From Tubiluchus corallicola (Eukaryota > Animalia > Priapulida), in assembly GCA_030141605.1 (NCBI GenBank), contig JAQGDQ010000039.1:620001-684000 (forward strand): DNA of 64,000 bases, read 5' to 3'. The notes under the pieces are model-generated. The model was not told where the DNA came from. It saw only the letters and a program-made list of their open reading frames with translations, and did not search any database. Numbering within the stretch: position 1 is the stretch's first letter; every line of letters starts with the position of its first letter. This document shows positions 1 to 11,195 of this stretch, in pieces. A program made the translations under genes and the position numbers.

Positions 1-117
1 ACATTCAAGCTCTAAAGGTGCGTTCACATCACATCAGTTAGCGCAGATGCTTGACGAACATAGATAAAAGTGCAGTCTGGTTTGCCTAATGGAACCTGGC
101 CTACGGTTTTTACATAC

Positions 118-162
118 CTAAGAACTGTTATTTGTGTAAGAGAACGTAGAGAATTTTGCTTT
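118..162 (-). CDS. Candidate 45-nt coding exon (exon 2 of an unidentified minus-strand gene that continues left of the window)
   Basis: On the minus strand it is flanked by cctatag| and |gtatgt. Only the phase-2 frame is open (A AAG CAA AAT TCT CTA CGT TCT CTT ACA CAA ATA ACA GTT CTT AG), and this matches the phase left by ATG AAC AG|gtagga at 1109-1102. No protein family recognised; weak polypyrimidine tract. Confidence 0.3.
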   Translation of the reverse strand, partial: KAKFSTFSYTNNSS

Positions 163-1101
163 CTATAGGGCATCATTTAATATACGATAGTTTTCGGTTT
201 AAAAAACATATTATCATTGCCTCGATCCAGTTATAGATGACATTCATATATGACGCATTTATATGAAGCACCCAATGGTGTGCATTGCTTATAACCTTAT
301 AACATTGCTTACATTGCCTAACATATGCCTATAAAATTGAAGCAGTGAAAAACCCCGGTAAAAATTTTTTTATAAACTTAAATTTTAACTTTTATAAAAC
401 TGAAAATTCTGAATACATTCACACTGTTATATAGCAGTCATACCAAAAAATTTATAATCTTAAACACGAACTACACAAATGCTGGTGAAGTGAAAATGTG
501 AAGAACGTTTAATACACTTTAACAATTAGGCAAAAAAGTATATAAGTTGCTAGGGTCTTGCATAGTATACGATTTACAGCTGTATTGGTCGTAAGCGGAA
601 ATTACACAAACATTGCATGTCATTGCAATTTCTCCTAGCATGCGGCCAATTTAGTCATCTTCGCAAATTTTACAATTCTCACAAACATACCAATACGTAT
701 TAGACCCGCAGAGACGCTGTAAACCAATATTACAGGACGAAAAAGCTACTTGGGTTTGACCTAGCAATTTACGACAAACTACTCATCAACATGTTCAAAA
801 ACAGCAAGTTGCCCTTTTCACGAATTTGCTAGTTACATGCGTATTTATACGAGCTCTGACAAGAAGAGACAACGTATGATATCTCCAGCTTAAGTGCTAA
901 GGCACTTAGCTCTGTTCACTTTCACGGCGCATATAATAATATATAGCATATAGCAAAATAAAGCTAATAGCTTTTTGCTTGAATCTTGTCAACTATTTTC
1001 ACACATAGCGAAAAAAACAAGTCCTGAATACGTGATATTTACAGCTTTTAAGTTTAGTCTGACGGAAAAGCCTTTTTTTAATATTAATGAAGTGCTCCTA
1101 C

Positions 1102-1109
1102 CTGTTCAT
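1102..1109 (-). CDS. Candidate start codon / coding part of a first exon (ATG AAC AG|gtagga)
   Basis: Minus strand reads catacATGAACAG|GTAGGAG, about 200 bp downstream of a promoter-like motif cluster, and splices in frame to 118-162. Confidence 0.25.
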
Positions 1110-1294
1110 GTATGATACGGGGAAACAGCATCACGGCCCTGGATCCTATCATAACCGAGGCGAATCGGGAAACTGGGGACGCCTGCTCTGCTTGACTAGA
1201 AACGGGAGCTATAATAAACGTACACAGCCTTCTAAAATGCCTCAAACATTGACACAGGAAATTCATCTAGGCAACTCAAAAGCCTACAAGCTTC

Positions 1295-1350
1295 AGTGCG
1301 CAGGCGCAAACATCAGCGCATGCATTTTGTGCGTAAACGGGCGGAGGTAA
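1295..1350. promoter_or_regulatory. Candidate housekeeping-type core promoter (NRF1-like sites plus GC box)
   Basis: TGCGCAGGCGCA and GCGCATGC (NRF1-like) and GGGCGGAG (Sp/KLF GC box) within about 55 bp, in a locally CpG-rich patch of an AT-rich window. Confidence 0.4.
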
Positions 1351-1579
1351 AGACGAAAAACAGGGTATCCAGTGCAAGCATTGCTTACATTCAATCTCAA
1401 CTAACGTAATGTCTTTCAGCACATTTGATAACCGCGACAACCACCCAAACATTTCGCTAAATAAATTATTAATCAATTTAATGCCTTTCAATGTTATTTT
1501 TTCGATGTGTTACAGCTGGAACCATTTTGGTAGAATAAAGTTTTCTTTAACAACTTAGGTGGTGGTTAACAGTCTAGAG

Positions 1580-2019
1580 CAACGGTTCTCAACCTTTTTA
1601 GAGCGTTAACCCCAAGTCGACCACTCAGTGCCTCCATTAACCCCCATCTCTACCCCTGGAAGGAAAAATGACTGAAATAATGCAAATTTCAATTTGAAAC
1701 ACTAGTATGCAGTCCCAGATTCCAGGAATTTGATTGTGATTGTAACAAGATTGAGAAAGCCACCAACATGTCAACTAGCTACGTCAGATTCAATAACATT
1801 GCGTGGGTGGGGGTAACAATATGCTTTGATCTCACTGTGACACTGTCTTTAGGTTCATCACACGGTCATATCGCTTAATACATCACTCTGCAATCTAATA
1901 ACAGGCCTGATCTAACAAATAGGTGATTTTTTTTCTTCTGAGTGTAAAGTCCCATTAACCCCCAGAATTGGTGCCATTAACCCCCTGGGGGTTAATTAAC
2001 CCCAGGTTGAGAAACCCGG
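1580..2019. mobile_element. Non-autonomous hAT (Charlie-like) MITE, 440 bp
   Basis: 16-bp imperfect TIRs (CAACGGTTCTCAACCT / AGGTTGAGAAACCCGG). Perfect 8-bp TSD GTCTAGAG at 1572-1579 and 2020-2027, fitting the NTCTAGAN preference of Charlie elements. Subterminal TTAACCCC repeats at both ends. Confidence 0.9.
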
Positions 2020-2811
2020 GTCTAGAGTCTAGGACATAGGTACAGCAGTTCCTACCATACAAGAGTTCCAGACTTGAGTCGGCAAATCAACAATTACATG
2101 TGCGCCATGAGTGAACTGAGTGAATGTAAAAGATAGACCAAGACTCTGAAATAGAATTCCTTGCCAACTAGTCATCAATATGTTTACTAAGCACAGACAA
2201 TCGTTTCGATTGTAACAGTCATTGCCAATACTATAAATCAAACCAAAAAATGGAATAATTAGTAGGTTGATGATACTCAAATTTATCTTGAGTAGGTTAT
2301 ATACCTTGCCAACTGTCTTGCTTGGAAAAGACCTTTTGGAAAAATGCCAATGTAAGACCCTGGGGCCTTGTTATCTTGTTGTCTACGCTACTCAATATCT
2401 ACCTATACATGTTATGTTCTTGTCAACGTCTATCCCAGGGCATTGCTGTTGGCATGTCAAAAAATCCAAAAGTAGACAACAAAAAACTATCTAGGCTCTA
2501 CCACCAAGGACACTCTTGATGTTAAATTAAGTACGTTTTTTATTGAAATATGCTATCTTTTAATATATTGACTTTGACTTTTCTTAACATTCTGACTCAT
2601 TTTATTTATCAACATGCTGTTGCAATCAATCATAAGCAACATAAAAATTATCGAGTTCTGAAAATTTTCAAAGTAAATCTTTGTCAAAATGTTCTTTCTT
2701 ACCTAAACAAGAACTGGTTTTGCTAATGTCGACGACGATTTCATGGCCATGCCCAGTACACCGTAGGTAGAGAGGTACGAAGCAGGCAGGTGGAGCTTTT
2801 TTCTGACATAC

Positions 2812-3760
2812 ACTTTTTTTAGATTTTAGATTTTATTTAAGTCTCACCTCAAATACCGTACGTGTTAATTAGACACTATACATACAATGAGCCACTAATT
2901 TAGAGTTATGAGAGGCTGTTAAAACGTATACATTCAATGATACTAAAAAAAGCACAGCAATATACAAATTAACTGTAAAAGAAAATAAAACTACGTGAGT
3001 CATCTCTAATGATTATTACGTGTATAACTATTTCTAAAACACCAATTCTATAGCCACTTGAAATAAATATCAACTGGAAATTCAAAAATTAAAACGATCG
3101 ACAAGCGAGAGTTAAAAAGTAAATAAATTGCACAAATAACAAAGGGTAAAATGTTATGAATGGCTCTCGGCAGGCATAGCACAAGTATATGAATAGAATT
3201 CATACAAAAAGACAGCACGGCGATCCAAAGATAATCACAACCTACTGCTATAACCACCAACCTACGCCAACCTACCCACCAACTACCTATCTACCTGTTT
3301 AAAATAATGTGCTGAACGCAATGATAGTAAAGACTAATAAACTGGCAGTGTGGATTACAGCCTAATTAAAGCGATCATGATAACATACTCAGCTTGCACG
3401 ACATTTTACATTATTCTAAATCATGATAATTCAAATTAACATATTACAGTGAAGGGCAACAAGCTATAAAAGCGGACTAATTCTAAAGTGTTAACAAATG
3501 TGTTTAATGTACAGCACATATAAATTTGCCATGCATCTTAGATTCATTTTGAATGACAGTGAACTGCAAAATTGAAATAAATGCATTCTGGCCACCTTAG
3601 CCGATGAAAGTATTTCTCGTAAAAATCTGCTGTTCCTTACGCCTGCAAATCTGATAACAGCAAACCGATATTTAAAAACTTCGTTCATTTTTAAATCATC
3701 ATGTGAAAAATATTCCTCAAGCGCACTGAAACGTGTTACATTAAGCAAGAATTTATTCTG
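2812..3760 (-). mobile_element. Degenerate 3' end of a LINE
   Basis: Minus strand ends AATAAAATCTAAAATCTAAAAAAA after a T-rich UTR. Upstream frames are broken but resemble an ORF2 C-terminus (..QNESKMHGKFICAVH). Confidence 0.3.
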
Positions 3761-4067
3761 CTGCTACTCTTTATAACCTCATTCAGTCATATTCAATATG
3801 AATTATTCATTTTCAAGAGAGACGGCAGCAAGTTGATGACGTCACCCGAGCTTCAACAAAGACCATCTAGATTCTAGTGTGCTCGGTTCATCTCAGATTC
3901 GGCAATTATGAGTATAGAGAATGACTAAGACTCCAACTGGATAGCAATAGCAGGTGTTTTACTATAAAAGTTTGATTCTAGGTAAATACTGCTAAACACA
4001 GGAGGATAGCCAATTTAGGTTTATCTATTTTATGGGCCATAGCGTGAGCCTATCACCATGGCTGTAC

Positions 4068-4914
4068 CTGGGGATGTAAATGTCAAGGGAATTATTAATT
4101 GTCAAGGTAATTCCCACGGGTGTTCCAGTTACAGAACAACAAGTCGTCCTTACAAACTTTTCTTACCGCGATGTAATTCAAATGTTAGGCAAAATTGTTT
4201 TTTTATCAGAACCATTTCTATTTGGAATTCGTTATCTTCGGAAGCAGTGAGTGCTTCCTCTCTGATACTATTCAAAAAAGCACTTGATAATCTAAATTGT
4301 GACGAGTGGCTTCGTTTCCAGTAAATGGTAGTATTGCCTTTTTGTACTGATATGGTTTTTTTGTCTTAGTGTTTCGAAATCTCAAATTTCAAAATGTTGC
4401 ATTAGTAATTCCTGGTCAAAACTCTGTTCAAAACCATCTAGCTTAACCCATTCAGTAATTTCTTATTATGTAAATTTCTTAAGGAGATCTTGACATTTTT
4501 AATCTCATTTTAGTACTGTGAGTCTTAAAATGTGAGTTGGAAATGTTGTAAAATCAGTTCTTCCATTATGCCATTATGTTAGATAGTTAAAAGCAAATTT
4601 TATTAATTTCCCAACTTCATTTGAATATTATTCTACTAAACTTTGAAAGTCGGAGCTCCGTAAGTCGTTTTCTGTAGATGATTTTATGCGGTCTCGATAC
4701 ATTAGTCAATTCTGAAATATCTTCTTAATTACTTTGTTAAAATTAGGTAGACCCAATAATATTGTGATGGGTATCCATCCAACTTATTATAGTAAATACT
4801 TCAAAAGGACTTTATTATGTTATATATACGCTGGCAGTTCCAGCGCATTTACTGTAAATAATTTGTGTCATTACAAAGTGCAAATAAATAAATAAAATAA
4901 ATAAATAAATAAAA
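4068..4914 (+). mobile_element. 5'-truncated CR1/L2-group LINE with TSD
   Basis: ORF 4058-4324 encodes SRPYKLFLPRCNSNVRQNCFFIRTISIWNSLSSEAVSASSLILFKKALD, the typical CR1/L2 ORF2 C-terminus (TRGHxxKL...R.NFFS.R....WN.LP...V.A.S...FK..LD). It is followed by a 3' UTR and an (AAAT)n tail. GGCTGTAC is duplicated at 4060-4067 and 4915-4922. Confidence 0.85.
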
Positions 4915-4922
4915 GGCTGTAC

Positions 4923-5057
4923 AGCATGTTTTTAATACAATAAATATATGTTTAATCTTATCGACTATTTATATTTTTGATACTTGAGTGGTTGTGTAGG
5001 TAAGGGCCCAGTGTATTGCTTTGTTCGGGTGCCTATAATACTGTTTAGACGGCCCTG
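4923..5057. mobile_element. One end of a hAT-type MITE
   Basis: Ends GGGCCC...GCCTATAATACTGTTTAGACGGCCCTG; the reverse complement CAGGGCCGTCT is a common hAT TIR. The partner TIR is not clearly visible. Confidence 0.4.
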
Positions 5058-5179
5058 ATGCCGGTATAGAATAAGAACCGAATCCCGTTTGAACATCCAA
5101 AAGGTTTGGTATAGATGTTGCGATTATGACTATGTTGATTTTGGGTATAATTCATTTTGAACTATGGAAATCTAAGGGT

Positions 5180-5700
5180 ATTTAAGTGAGTGAAGAAGAT
5201 AACAAAGAAAGCACGAGAATGACGCATTTTTGAGACCTCAATGAGATGCTGTACGGTTCACCTCGCTTATGACAGGAGCCTCTTGGATCACGGGATTAGG
5301 ATTTCTGTAGTTTGGATTTCTCTAGCTATAGCTGCAATTTACGCAATTTATCTCAAGTTAATATTTTGAACAGCAAGTATAACAGCCTCCCCGAATAATT
5401 CATTGCAGGCACCCTTCAAATGGTTCCACGGGCAAATTCAGTGCAGCTTTATGTTTAAGATACCAAAACTAGAAAATCCTTCTCGTGGAGCTAGAGAAAA
5501 TATGCAGCTCTTATCAGAGCACAGACTGGAATGCAAAGCCAGCAGGACTAGATGACCAATATGTATGACCGCGTACACGCTGGCTTTGGTATCTTGTACA
5601 TAAATAAATTGAACTGGATACAGGACAAAATTCAAAACACTGCAACTGGGTTTACTCAGACCAAAGGAAATGTTGCAAGGATTCAGCAATTCTGCACACT
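5180..5700 (+). mobile_element. Highly degenerate LINE reverse-transcriptase C-terminal fragment
   Basis: Broken frames give GARENMQLLSEHRLECKASRTR*PICMTAY and INKLNWIQDKIQNTATGF, loosely resembling the CR1/L2 segment LGFI.RN......K...YK.LVRP.LEY...W......I..LE.VQRRA.RF. Confidence 0.3.
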
Positions 5701-8700
5701 GGAATACTATATACACGCCTACTATATTTTGGAATTGTATTGCCTACCTACCTACATGCCTACTCGTCTACTTACCTGCTTACCGAACTGCCTGTCTGTA
5801 GCGTAGTTACAGGATCTACAGCAATATTATTGTCTCTTTGGCAAAGCTCGGTAGAGATATAGGTCTTGTCATGTTATGTGAACTTTATACTAACGAGAAA
5901 CGAGACAAGATAGGGCTTCAAAACAGGTTTCTGCTACCTAGGTCAACGACGTGGCTTCCGAATCTAATTAGGACAGAAATTGAGTCTTCAACTGTAAACG
6001 TTTTAGAGCTCTCCTTTCCATGTCGCCGTAATTGCTTCAATGCAAAAAACAAATGAAATCATCTTCGCCATAATATCACGTTTCTAAGCAATTTTCTGAA
6101 CTCGGTAAAAGTTAATATACCCTTTCTTGGCGATTGGCAGGCGAACAATGTAATTTAGTTGATTGAGGGTGGAACATCTGCAGGTAGACGTATCCTATTT
6201 TGTCCTTGGTAATACATACAGAGCTCAAATCACGCTATTGTATATTAGAAAGGCATGAGAACTATGTTTGATTTTGTACTTGTAAGAATCACAGAATTTT
6301 AGAGGCTTCATTTAGTGAAATTTACCCAAGAAAGTCATTTACCTGGCTTTATGAGACTGGCTATAACCTCCAGGCAATTTTCTTTCAGTTTTGACATACT
6401 TTGAATTCCTAGTGGATAACAAGAATTTCTTTCCAGAGTAGCTGTCAAGTAGCTACGCACCTTAGCAAAACAAGCATCTCAAGGAAGCCATACACAAGCA
6501 TCTCAAGGAAGCCCTACGAGGGATTAGCAGTTCTGACTTGGATGATTGATGAAGAGTTTCTATAAACTCGCTTTTACAGCAGGGCTTGTTTTATCAGCCT
6601 CGTTTTCAGCTCAGCGTTCCTCGCGGCTTTTCGCTCTCCATCAAAGAAAAGATGACACGAACACAAAGAAGCCAACAAAATGTCATATAACTGCGCTTCA
6701 ATTATGAAAGCTTTAATGTTTTTGATCGATTTATTAACAATTGATGATAAAAGGAAAAATAACCAACTAGACCGCTTCGGCTATAAAAGCCTTAAACAGC
6801 TGACTGCCGTTTAATTGTTGGAAAGGGTGACTAAGTGACTTACTTATTGCTGTAGTTTTTTATGTCTGTCTGGTTGACTAGTTGACTACTAAAAGAATTA
6901 CTTACTTGCGGGTATCTAGCTGGCTTTTCGCTCATTGTTTCACAAACGGACTGAATGACTAACTGACTGAGAGGCTGATTTACCGCATGCCTGATTGTGA
7001 GTGAACGAACGACAAAGTGATCAATTGGTTAGAGAATATTTCGTATGATGTGGATGATGATGAAGATGAAGACAACAATGGTCACGACGACAATAACGGA
7101 ACTAATGATGATCAATTAGTGATTATGGAAAAAGTATCTTTAAAAAAGAACGCTTCGGGAGCAGGCCCTATACCAAATGTCAGTTTATGGCGAATCCATG
7201 GCGGCTATTAGCACCATGAATCCATCCATCACGAAATGTCGTTCAAATGAACAAACCCTAAACCAAAAAAACTTAGTCACCTGTATCAGTAACGACAACC
7301 CATAAACCTAATAACGTTAATTGTCACTATTGCCAAAAAGTAGCTAAGCTGGTGAATAAGTGTGCTAGAAGATTTCAATGATTAAAGAAATAGTTATATA
7401 GTTATTTATTTAAAGTTTATTTCAGCACATAAAAACGCTATATAAAAGTTAAAATTACATAAAAACTAAGACGCATATAATCTAGAGGTGAAAAAAGTTT
7501 GAAAATGTGCCATACGGGCAAATGCAATTTCGTAATTTAGGCGAAACGAACGGTCGAGCTAAATGCATTCAGTTAGCAGTTTATTTTCGCAATTTTCTAC
7601 ACACGTAAATGCACGGTCAGAAATTCATTAAATGACTTCCTTGTTTTAGTGTGATGAGTTTGTGATGCTCACAGTTCGAAACTTGTGTGTTGATCGCAAT
7701 AAAAAAAATTAAGCATACAAGCCCAGGTAAAAATTATTAGTTATTATTAGTTTTATAATTGCAACAGTGCTTAGGATGCTATGGTTAAGTTGTATACATC
7801 GTCCAGGTAGCAGTAAATAAACATACGTGGAAAGTGTGCGCATTATTGATATTATTGGTGGATAGCTTGATGGTTAGGCAAGAAATTTACACTGATGACA
7901 CGGAGTTGACGGCATGAGACGTGGAATTTGAAATGTCTTTACAGCTTCTGACCTTTTTACATTAAAGATGACAAACAATTTTGGCCATGATTAGCGTCGT
8001 CGTACAATATCTACTTAAAAATTGACAAAAGACCCAATTACAGAAGGTCCTAAGATGGACGTTAATCTGTGCAAATTAATGCAATAAGATGATGCAAAAT
8101 TAATAAAATAAACATGATACAGTATCAACGAACAAATAACGAAGATTTAAATTACAGGACACGATATGTGAAAATATACCATTTATGCACAAACCTCAAC
8201 TGACTGAATGAAACAGCTGATGAAGCCGCTGAAGAAACGAGAGAAACTGACCACCATTAATAAAGGAAACGCTGTTTCCGAATTGGAAAGAAAATCAAAC
8301 TCTGATTTCGTAATAGCTTAATTTAGTATCGTGTTTTGATCGTTTTTCTACTGCAATGGATTACTCGCGAAAAACGTGATGTTTGATTTTAAACCAGAAG
8401 TCCGACCAAATTAATCACGTGACCCATTGTGACAAATCAGATAGCAATTCTCGTCCATACTAACATACTGACGCGTAAATTGTGATGTTTCAAAATCTGA
8501 AGATTTCAGCGCAGAATAAGCCCACATGTTTAATGATAACAATAAAAAATTTACACAATATAAATGCACCAATATTAAATTAAATCACTGAAATAAATCA
8601 GTCGAAACATTAAATCAATTAGCAACACTGAAATCTGTAAGTAATATTTGCAAAAAACGTGTTATTCCATTTTTAAGAAAGCTTCTTCCACAGTGCATGG

Positions 8701-9301
8701 CGATATGAAATAGCTCATTTTGGACTTAGTGCAAATATTTATTACAAAACCACGCATACAATAACTACTTTCAGTTTTTTTCTTACTATATACGATAAAA
8801 CTTCAATGACTCTGAGAAATCTTACTTAAAACAAAGAGATGAAATAATAACGCATTGGCTGTAATTTGGCTACTTAACTACCTGCATGAAACTCTTGAAA
8901 TTTCCTGCGCTGCCTCCATACAATAAAGACTAATTTTAAAATGTCATTAGTGCATACTTACTGCATCATAGTGGCTTTAATTCATACGAACTTTATTCGA
9001 CATTGTGTGTGAGGTGTTGCAAGTTCAACCAACTAGAAACGCAGCTCTAAGAGTTGGCACAGCAAGAATTAATGAGACATGAAACGCAGCCAAGCGAACC
9101 AAGCGATTTCGTTACAAGGAAAAGCTTCAAAGGTTTCAGTGTAGTTAAATACCAACTTACAATGGATTCATTAAGAAATGCTTTAACAGGCAACAAGAAC
9201 AGAACGGAGTTTAGTTTTTTGGGCTGCATTGCACCCACATGTGCAAGTTCGATATTTTATAAAATATCGAATGAATGCAGGCGTCGGTCAATGCAGATCA
9301 C

Positions 9302-9336
9302 ATATACATATATATATATATTGGTCCAGAAAATAT

Positions 9337-9373
<37 letters not shown>
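9302..9373. repeat. (AT)n microsatellite, interrupted
   Basis: Direct reading. Confidence 0.9.
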
Positions 9374-9377
<4 letters not shown>

Positions 9378-9384
9378 GTAAAAA

Positions 9385-9858
9385 ATGTTGTTTGAGATAT
9401 TATACGCTCATATAAGAGAGGAATGTTTTGGTATATTCTCTGATTTTTGTTCCAACTTTCAGTATATGTCTCCTAAAGAGAAGTTTGTGTTTGTAAATTC
9501 GTCACAAGATGTAGAAGTTATAAAAACCAGTGCTATATTGGTCCAGAAAATCTTTGAATGCAGACCATACTGAGCAAGCCTGATTGATTAATTGCAACAA
9601 TTGTAGAATAATAAGTCTATGATATTAAGACTGTTTCTACGTATATGTTGTTTTGCTGTACGTGTTTATGTGCTTGAATCATTATACCATAGACATTTGG
9701 TTTCTTATCATTCTTGTAGTCTGTTCTTTTTTTATGTAACGTATACAGTTTTTTCTCTTTTGTGTTCTGTTCCAAACGTTTCCAGAATCTGTGTACTTCC
9801 TATAAGCACGCGAAACGGTATCTGTGCTGGCATTAAAGGACATCATTGCATCTTGTCA
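9385..9858 (+). mobile_element. 5'-truncated LINE (RTE-X/L2-related) 3' end
   Basis: ORF LYAHIREECFGIFSDFCSNFQYMSPKEKFVFVNSSQDVEVIKTSAILVQKIFECR* resembles the extreme ORF2 C-terminus after the Zn knuckle. A T-rich UTR follows, with an AGCAC...GTGCT stem-loop and an ATTAAA signal. Confidence 0.6.
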
Positions 9859-10857
9859 CATTAACGGCATAATGTGTATACTACCGATACATAAAAAGTA
9901 CGTTAGCAATTTCTACATCACTTTACATTTATTATAAGCTTACAACAATATAAATACCGTGTTTCCGTAAAATGTCCATAATTTCTAACACCAAACCCAC
10001 AATTTTTTCTTATTCTTTTGTTGAAATGTTGATTGGCAATTCGTTTATTGAGTGCACGATCGGATGTATTTGGAGATCCTAGAAAGTCACAGGAGTCCTT
10101 ACTTCTGATCAAAGAGATTCCAGCCATGCGCGGATTGCAATTACATGCAATGTTAATCGTGCGTAGGATAAAATCAGAAACTATTTTTTTACTTATGACG
10201 TACAGCTTTCTATCCTCTCCAGTATCTCGCATCTGTCGCTAGCTCGCAGGACAATCAATTCAAGTGCCTCAAACCAAATCAACCATTAAGAAAATGAATA
10301 ATAGTCGAAATGGGAAAAATCCCTTGCGAAAGTATAGATGAAGTGGAGAAAGAGATTCGAAGAGTCTGATAAAAGGCGTCTCCCCAGCGAGTTACAATAC
10401 AAATACATTCAATGAAGCGGGCAGATAATTGCAATCAGGATCAATGTACACATCCCAGTAGGCTGTTGTTCAAGCAGTTATATGGTTCTGGAGGAAAGTT
10501 CCCAAACAGCAATTAATCTTGCATCTTGCTCGTTGTGCTGAACATGTACTTAGTGATGATTGCCGCCAGGAATTTTATTAACAAAGAAGCTTTAAGCAGG
10601 CAAAGCCGGGCGGCTTATCGACAGCATGGTCTCCCTAGACTGCGCGATTACGTTCAGCTTTTTTGAAAATCTATAGATTAAAATTATTGCACTGAAAAAG
10701 CTTTGCGTTTGCAAACGGCTGACAGAGTGACACAAGCACTCTTTTCCAATCAGCTTCTATAAAGTGACTTTTATAACAATTTTATGCTGATGCAATAAGA
10801 TTTCAGGTTCCTAATGTTAAATCACACTCCGTACGAATCATACAATCTCGTCATTTT

Positions 10858-11195
10858 AAGATGTGGAGCAGCTACTGTCCGTTTGTAAATAATAATCGTG
10901 GAACGTTTTAGCTACGAATGTTTATTTATTTAATGTATTGTATATAGTAGTACTTTAGTGTAGCTTTTATTGTAGTGTTTTACTCTAGTGTGGTGTAACG
11001 TTTTTAGGAAGATGTGGAACAGTACACTGTTTGTAGATAATAATCGTCGAACGTGGTAGCTACAAATTATTGAATGTATTGTATAAAGTAGTATTCTAGT
11101 GTAGCTTTTATTGTAGTATTTTATTCTAGTGTGATGCAATGTTTTTGTGTTTTTTGTGTGGCTTTCGAACTGAAAAAACTAATCTAATCTAAAAA
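10858..11195 (+). repeat. Diverged tandem duplication (~150-bp unit x2) ending in an (AATCT)n LINE-like tail
   Basis: AAGATGTGGA.CAG...TAGTGTAGCTTTTATTGTAGT...CTAGTGTG occurs at ~10858 and ~11010, followed by CTAATCTAATCTAAAA. Confidence 0.75.

Noticed and set aside
2050-2522. Possible long-TIR element (CATACAAGAGTTCC versus GGACACTCTTGATG)
   Set aside because: Inverted match too short and gapped; no TSD found.
7890-8250. CTGATGA motifs at ~7892 and ~8217 as hammerheads
   Set aside because: No convincing stem II closing onto GAAA.
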